Assembly (NCBI GenBank): GCA_944389945.1
Contig: CALXOF010000001.1
Span: forward strand, 3,016-67,015
Direction: 5' to 3'
DNA: 64,000 bases
Source: an uncultured Kiritimatiellota bacterium
GTDB lineage: Bacteria; Verrucomicrobiota; Kiritimatiellia; RFP12; DVOR01
Shown here: piece by piece, positions 59,128 through 64,000 of the stretch
How positions within the stretch are numbered: position 1 is the stretch's first letter
How the letters are laid out: the number at the start of each line of letters is the position of its first letter
Made by a program: the position numbers and the translations under genes
The notes under the pieces: generated by a model
Database searches by the model: none
What the model saw: the letters and a program-made list of their open reading frames with translations, nothing else
Told to the model about the DNA's origin: nothing

Positions 59128-59559
59128 ATGAAGCGAATCTTTGCCTTGTTTTGCCTTGTCGCAGTGGGTGCCTCCATCGGGTGCGATGGAGAGTCGTCCT
59201 CTGCGGACAAGGACGCCCAATTCAAAGAGGACGTCCACACTATCGCGGACTTTATTCGGGCCAATGAGGAAAGAAGCGATGAGATGGCCTCGCAAGCTCG
59301 CGTGGAGACAACGGGTAAAGCCATTGAAGCCCTCGACCAGGCCGTTCTTATCTATCAAATCAAAGTCGGGCGCTTGCCTATGAGTCTTCGTGATCTCACC
59401 AAGGGCATCAACGACGACGACGAGGGCCTGCTGAAGTCCAACGACGTCATCGACGCTTGGGGCAATCCCTTCGAGTACAAGGTGGACGGTAAGAAGTACA
59501 CCATCCGCTCCGCCGGCCCCGACGGCCAGATGAACACCGAAGACGACATCACGAACTGA
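59128..59559 (+). CDS. GspG-like globular domain fused to a lipoprotein signal peptide (paralog 2)
   Basis: 'MKRIFALFCLVAVGASIGC' lipobox replaces the prepilin helix. C-terminal 90 aa are about 70% identical to the upstream pseudopilin ('DAWGNPFEYKVDGKKYTIRSAGPDGQMNTEDDITN'). Confidence 0.7.
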   Translation: MKRIFALFCLVAVGASIGCDGESSSADKDAQFKEDVHTIADFIRANEERSDEMASQARVETTGKAIEALDQAVLIYQIKVGRLPMSLRDLTKGINDDDEGLLKSNDVIDAWGNPFEYKVDGKKYTIRSAGPDGQMNTEDDITN

Positions 59560-59568
59560 GGACTAGCA

Positions 59569-59913
59569 ATGAAGCGGATTTTGGGCTTGCTTTGCCTTCT
59601 TACCGTGGGCGCCTCCATCGGGTGCAATGGCGATGATTTGGACACGGCCGTCCGTAAGGAGACCACGCGCCAGACTATCGCCGCCATCGATTTCGCCATC
59701 TCTACCTATAAAGCCAAGAACAACAAGGTGCCCACGAGCCTGACTGATTTGGCCGTAGGTGTCGCCGGAGAGCAACCGCTTGTGAGTGCGGAGATGTTCA
59801 ACGATGCCTGGGGTAATCCCTTGGAGCTCTCGGTCAATGCGGCGATGAAGTACACCATTCGCTCCGCCGGCCCCGATGGCAAGATGAACACCGAGGACGA
59901 CATCACGAACTGA
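59569..59913 (+). CDS. GspG-like globular domain fused to a lipoprotein signal peptide (paralog 3)
   Basis: 'MKRILGLLCLLTVGASIGC'. 'NDAWGNPLELSVNAAMKYTIRSAGPDGKMNTEDDITN'. Confidence 0.7.
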   Translation: MKRILGLLCLLTVGASIGCNGDDLDTAVRKETTRQTIAAIDFAISTYKAKNNKVPTSLTDLAVGVAGEQPLVSAEMFNDAWGNPLELSVNAAMKYTIRSAGPDGKMNTEDDITN

Positions 59914-59919
59914 GGCATC

Positions 59920-61593
59920 ATGACGCTGGACGACACCATCGAAATCGCCATCGAGGGCGAGACGCAAGAGCGCGTCGTGGACTATGGCACGCCGTTGGGG
60001 GACCTTCTGCCGAAGGAGGTGGGGGGCCTGCCCGTGCTGGCGGCCTTGGCGAACAATGACGTGGTGCCGTTGGACGCGCCGGCCATCGTGGACCTGCGGG
60101 TGCGTCCGCTGACGTTGGCCGACGAGGAGGGGTGGCAGGTCTATCGCAGGACGCTCTGCTTCCTCTTGGCCGCGGTGTTGCACGCGGAGTTTCCGGGGAC
60201 CGATTGTCGGGTGCGGCAGAGTTTCGGCCACAATGCGCTCTTCTGGACGTGGGACGTGCCGCACGCGGAGCGCGAGGCGAAGGTGGCGGCGTTGCGCGGG
60301 CGCCTGGCGGCGCTCGTGGCGCGCGACGCGCCCATCAACCATCGCGTGGTGGGCTACGAACAGATGCTCCAGGGGTTCCGCGAGCATGGGCAGGAAGATA
60401 AGGCGATGCTGTTGGAGCACCGCAATCCGCCCTATCTGGGGATGGCTGTCTGCGAGGAGTTTTACGACCTGCCGCAGGGGGTGCTGGCTACGCACTCGGG
60501 CGTCATCCGGCTCTTCGACATTGTGCCGCTGCGGGATGGGTTCGTGCTGGAGTTCCCGGGCTTCAAGACGCCCATGGAGCTCGACCCGATGCCGCCCTAC
60601 GACTTCCTCTTTGAGGTTTATGCCGAGCATCTGCGTTGGGGGGAGATTATCGGCATCCGCAATGCGGGTGAGCTGAACGCCGCCATCGCCGATGGGTCGG
60701 TGGCGGACGTCATCAACACGGTGGAGGCCCTGCACGAGAAGCGTCTCTCCGGTTTCGCCGACCGTATCGCGGCGCGGGTGCCGCGTCCGCACGTGGTGTT
60801 GGTGGCCGGACCGAGCTCGTCGGGCAAGACGACCTTTGCTATGCGTCTCTGCACCCACCTGCGCGTCTTGGGGTTGCGGCCGACGTTGCTCTCCACGGAC
60901 AACTACTTCGTGGGGGACAAGCGCAACCCGCGCGACGAGCATGGGAATCTGGACTACGAGTGCCTGCAGGCGGTGGACGTGCCGCGCCTGAACGCCGACC
61001 TGTTGAAGTTGATCAAGGGCGAGACCATCCCGTTGCGCAAGTTCAACTTCCGCGAACACGAGGGCTACGACTCCGACGAGACGGTGTCGCTCGACCCGCA
61101 GCTGGGCGTGCTCGTCATCGAGGGCATCCATGCGTTGAACCCGGATCTGACTCCGCAGATTCCGCGCGAGGAGAAGTTCCTCATCTATGTCAATGTCCTT
61201 ACCCAGGTCTCCATCGACAGCCACAACCGCGTCTCGACCCTCGACAACCGCTTGCTCCGCCGCATGGTGCGCGATGGACAGTTCCGCGGGCGCAGTCCCC
61301 TGGAGACGCTCCGTCTGTGGCCCAGCGTGCGCGCCGGCGAGGAGAAGTGGGTCTTCCCCTTCCAGCATTACGCCGACGCCGTCTTCAACACCGCATTGGA
61401 CTACGAAATCCCCGTGCTGAAGACCCTCGCGCGCCCCTTGCTCAACCAAATCAAGCCCCATCACCCGGAGTACGTCGTGGCCCGGCGCCTCTCCTGCTTC
61501 TTGCAGAACTTCGCCTCCATGCCGATGGCCGACGTCCCCACCAACTCCATTTTGCGCGAATATCTCGGCGCCTCGCGCCTGCGCTATAAGTAA
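59920..61593 (+). CDS. Uridine-kinase/phosphoribulokinase-family nucleoside kinase with N-terminal TGS-like domain
   Basis: P-loop 'VLVAGPSSSGKTTFAMRL'. 'LLSTDNYF', 'VLVIEGIHALNP', 'YVNVLTQVSID'. About 270-aa N-terminal extension. Confidence 0.7.
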   Translation: MTLDDTIEIAIEGETQERVVDYGTPLGDLLPKEVGGLPVLAALANNDVVPLDAPAIVDLRVRPLTLADEEGWQVYRRTLCFLLAAVLHAEFPGTDCRVRQSFGHNALFWTWDVPHAEREAKVAALRGRLAALVARDAPINHRVVGYEQMLQGFREHGQEDKAMLLEHRNPPYLGMAVCEEFYDLPQGVLATHSGVIRLFDIVPLRDGFVLEFPGFKTPMELDPMPPYDFLFEVYAEHLRWGEIIGIRNAGELNAAIADGSVADVINTVEALHEKRLSGFADRIAARVPRPHVVLVAGPSSSGKTTFAMRLCTHLRVLGLRPTLLSTDNYFVGDKRNPRDEHGNLDYECLQAVDVPRLNADLLKLIKGETIPLRKFNFREHEGYDSDETVSLDPQLGVLVIEGIHALNPDLTPQIPREEKFLIYVNVLTQVSIDSHNRVSTLDNRLLRRMVRDGQFRGRSPLETLRLWPSVRAGEEKWVFPFQHYADAVFNTALDYEIPVLKTLARPLLNQIKPHHPEYVVARRLSCFLQNFASMPMADVPTNSILREYLGASRLRYK

Positions 61594-61605
61594 AGGAATC
61601 TCCAC

Positions 61606-62634
61606 ATGGCAGACCCTATCATCGGACGTTTGGTAGCCGGCGAGGAATCGCAGGTCCGCCGCGCCTATGAGCGGTTCGAGGCCCAGCCCGTCACCGAGCA
61701 GCGCCTCACCGAAAACAAGTGCCCCTATGGCGAGCAGGAGACCACCCTCGCGGGCGAGGCCAGCGCTGAGGGCGTCGGCACCTTCGAGCGCAAGCACCGC
61801 CCCATTCTCACCTTCGGCCCCTCGCACATCCGCGGCTGGTGGATTCATCGCAACGACCTCCGCGAGCAGCTCGATGTCAAGGTCTCCGTCCGCAACGTGT
61901 GGACCAGCGCCCGCAACATTGTCCTGCGCGCGGGCTCCCCGCACAACTACCTGCGCATGGTCGAGCACATCGTCGCCCTGCGCCTGGGCCTGGGCGTTGA
62001 CAACGTGCGCCTCTCCATCGCCGGCGGCGATCCGCCCCTCTTCGACCGCTCCAGCCTCGACCTGGTGGAGGCCATCGACCGCGCCAAGATTGTCCCCACC
62101 GGTGCGCCCGCCCGCTACGTCACCGTCCGCGAGCCCGTCACCATCGGCGGCACGCGTGGCGACTTCGTCACGCTCCTCCCCGCCGAGCCCGGTGACCGCC
62201 GTCTACGTCTGGACGTCGCCATCTCCTGGGACACCGTCATCGGCGACCAGCGCCTGCAAGTCGACCTCACGCCCGAGACCTTCACCCGCGGCGCCGGCGC
62301 CCGCACCAACGCCACCCAGACGCAGTACATCCTCTCCAAAACCATCGGCCGCCTCTTCGCCGAGACGCGCAACATGGGCTACACCCCCGCCAATATCCTA
62401 ATTCACGGCAAGAAGGGCTTCATCACCCCGCCGCGTCCGGAGTTCGACCTTGGCGAGGGCCGCAGCTGCGAGCCCGTCTGGCACCGCACCATGCTCGACC
62501 TCGTTGCCGCCATCGCACTCGTCGACCGCGGACGCTTCGTCGGCACCGTCAAGTCCTACCGCGCCGGCCACACCCTTGACGTTCGCCTCATGACCCTCCT
62601 CTACATGCTTGACCTGTTGGAGCCCCTCCCATGA
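61606..62634 (+). CDS. lpxC: UDP-3-O-acyl-N-acetylglucosamine deacetylase
   Basis: 'YLRMVEHIVALRLGLGVDNVRLSIAGGDPPLFDRSSLDLVEAIDRA' aligns to E. coli LpxC '[41 protein letters not shown]'. 'KSYRAGHTLDVRLMTLL' aligns to 'YKSGHALNNKLLQAVL'. Confidence 0.75.
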   Translation: MADPIIGRLVAGEESQVRRAYERFEAQPVTEQRLTENKCPYGEQETTLAGEASAEGVGTFERKHRPILTFGPSHIRGWWIHRNDLREQLDVKVSVRNVWTSARNIVLRAGSPHNYLRMVEHIVALRLGLGVDNVRLSIAGGDPPLFDRSSLDLVEAIDRAKIVPTGAPARYVTVREPVTIGGTRGDFVTLLPAEPGDRRLRLDVAISWDTVIGDQRLQVDLTPETFTRGAGARTNATQTQYILSKTIGRLFAETRNMGYTPANILIHGKKGFITPPRPEFDLGEGRSCEPVWHRTMLDLVAAIALVDRGRFVGTVKSYRAGHTLDVRLMTLLYMLDLLEPLP

Positions 62635-63704
62635 AAACCGTCCTCTTCTGGGGCCGCTTTGGGCCCGAATACTCCCGCAACCGCGTCTACATCTCCCTCT
62701 TCAAGGAGTTGGGGTGGGATGTCCGCCTCTTCATGGTCAAATACTGCTGCGCCTTCGGCGACGTCGAGTGGCGCCTGCGCGGCGACAAATCCGTCAAGCC
62801 CGACCTCGTCTGGGTTCCCGTCTGCCGCCAGCGCGACGCCGCCGCCGCCACCCGTTGGGCCCACAAGCGCGGCATCCCCGTCGTCTTCGATCCCATGATT
62901 TCCTACTGGGACAAGAAGGTGCTCGAGCAGGGCAAGTGGCGCGCCGAGGAAGGCCGCGCCAAGCGCCTCCTCGCCTGGGAGACCAAGCTTTTCAACGGCG
63001 TCGACCGCCTCCTCTGCGACACCTCCTGCCACGCCGACTTCTTCCACGCCCACATGGGCGTCCCCCGCGAGAAGCTCCGCGTCCTCTTCACCGGCACCGA
63101 CGAGACCGTCTTCAAGCCCGCCGACCGCCCCGAGGACGACCCGCCGCACGACCCCAAGGCGCCCCTTCGCATCCTCTATCACGGCGCCTATCTCCCCCTT
63201 CACGGCACGGAATACATTGTCGAGGCCGCCCGCCGCACCCAGAACCTCAACATCCACTGGGACTTCCTCGGCTGGGGCGCCTACAAGGCCGCCACCGAGG
63301 AAAAGGCCAAGGGCATCTCCAACATCACCTTCCTTGAGCGCGTCCCCTACGTCGAGGTCCCCCGCGTCATCCGCACCGCGGATATCGTCCTGGGCGTCTT
63401 CGGCACCACCGAGAAGGCCTCGCGCGTCATCGGCAACAAGGTCTACGAAGCCATGGCCTGCTGCCGTCCCGTCATCAACGAGTTCTGCACCGGCTATCCG
63501 CCCGAGGCCAAGGACTGCCCCGCCATCACCTTCGTGCCCCCCGGTGACCCCCAGGCCATCGTCGACGCCGTTCTCCCTTGGATTGACCGCCGCGAAGAAC
63601 TCTTCGCCCTGCGCAAGACCGCCCGCGACTTCTTCGAGCAGTGCCTCTCCATGGCCGTCATCAAGCAGCAGCTCGCCGACATCCTCGCCGACCTCGGCCT
63701 CTGA
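62631..63704 (+). CDS. Family-1 (GT4-type) glycosyltransferase
   Basis: C-terminal 'KVYEAMACCRPVINEF' (E-x7-E region of glycos_transf_1). ATGA overlap with lpxC. Confidence 0.75.
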   Translation: MKTVLFWGRFGPEYSRNRVYISLFKELGWDVRLFMVKYCCAFGDVEWRLRGDKSVKPDLVWVPVCRQRDAAAATRWAHKRGIPVVFDPMISYWDKKVLEQGKWRAEEGRAKRLLAWETKLFNGVDRLLCDTSCHADFFHAHMGVPREKLRVLFTGTDETVFKPADRPEDDPPHDPKAPLRILYHGAYLPLHGTEYIVEAARRTQNLNIHWDFLGWGAYKAATEEKAKGISNITFLERVPYVEVPRVIRTADIVLGVFGTTEKASRVIGNKVYEAMACCRPVINEFCTGYPPEAKDCPAITFVPPGDPQAIVDAVLPWIDRREELFALRKTARDFFEQCLSMAVIKQQLADILADLGL

Positions 63705-63745
63705 CCCGCCACGGTTTGCTATACTGGCGGCGAAGGAGACTTAGC

Positions 63746-64000
63746 ATGAGCCATATCGCGCAAGATATCGCCGACTTTGCCAAGTTGCGGACCAACGACT
63801 GCATCTACGTGGACAAAACCGCGATTTTGCACGAGTTGATTTGCGACCCGGGGCGGAGCCTGTACTTTATCTCGCGCCCCCGCCGTTTTGGCAAGTCCCT
63901 CATGCTCTCCACGCTGGCGTGTATCTTCCGCGGCGAGCGCGAGCGCTTCAAGGGCCTTGCCATCGACAAGTTGGACTACGACTGGACGCCTTACCCCGTC
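63746..64000 (+). CDS. AAA-ATPase-like/PD-(D/E)xK family protein, paralog of 13886..15463 (3'-partial)
   Basis: 'YVDKTAILHELI...YFISRPRRFGKSLMLSTLACIFRGERERFKGLAIDKLDYDW' is about 75% identical to the first copy. Preceded by TATACT and an AAGGAG Shine-Dalgarno. Confidence 0.8.
   Translation, partial: MSHIAQDIADFAKLRTNDCIYVDKTAILHELICDPGRSLYFISRPRRFGKSLMLSTLACIFRGERERFKGLAIDKLDYDWTPYPV

Overview
This is a 64 kb, high-GC (about 65-70%) chromosomal segment, probably from a PVC-superphylum (Verrucomicrobia-like) bacterium; that placement is inference only. Evidence for it: four LamG-like secreted proteins ending in the PEP-CTERM sorting signal 'PEPTALALLALGVAGVALRRRVA', a giant secretin, a GspF/PilC platform protein and GspG-type pseudopilins. 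No exosortase gene is present in the window. Housekeeping genes are interspersed: smc, gap, infA, rpsP-trmD-rplS, rpsT, yebC, ribD, pyrE, lpxC, rubredoxin, tRNA-Tyr, and a folP-cdaA-cdaR-gldG-like-DUF4340-histidine kinase operon with overlapping genes. Envelope and glycan genes are also present: GT2, GT1, a sugar-phosphate transferase, a polysaccharide deacetylase, GHL10, a SurA-like protein and a retropepsin-like protease. About 40 CDS can be supported. The notable features are: (1) roughly a quarter of the window is non-coding and built from a BIME-like mosaic of more than 10 short repeat modules (palindromes, 7-8 bp microsatellites, a MITE-like palindrome array), reused in shuffled order; (2) all four PEP-CTERM genes carry an 8-9 nt G/C homopolymer inside their predicted promoters, and share a near-identical 3' cassette and terminator, the architecture expected for phase-variable contingency loci; (3) a tandem trio of GspG-like genes in which two copies have swapped the prepilin N-terminal helix for a lipoprotein signal peptide; (4) a divergently transcribed pair encoding a tail-anchored Ras-like GTPase and a membrane Sel1-repeat protein next to the gspF cluster; (5) a small-ORF plus zeta-toxin-like ATPase module that looks like a toxin-antitoxin pair. 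No cas genes, transposases or integrases were seen. Many long ORFs in the six-frame track are antisense 'shadow' ORFs of GC-rich genes or lie inside repeat blocks and were rejected.
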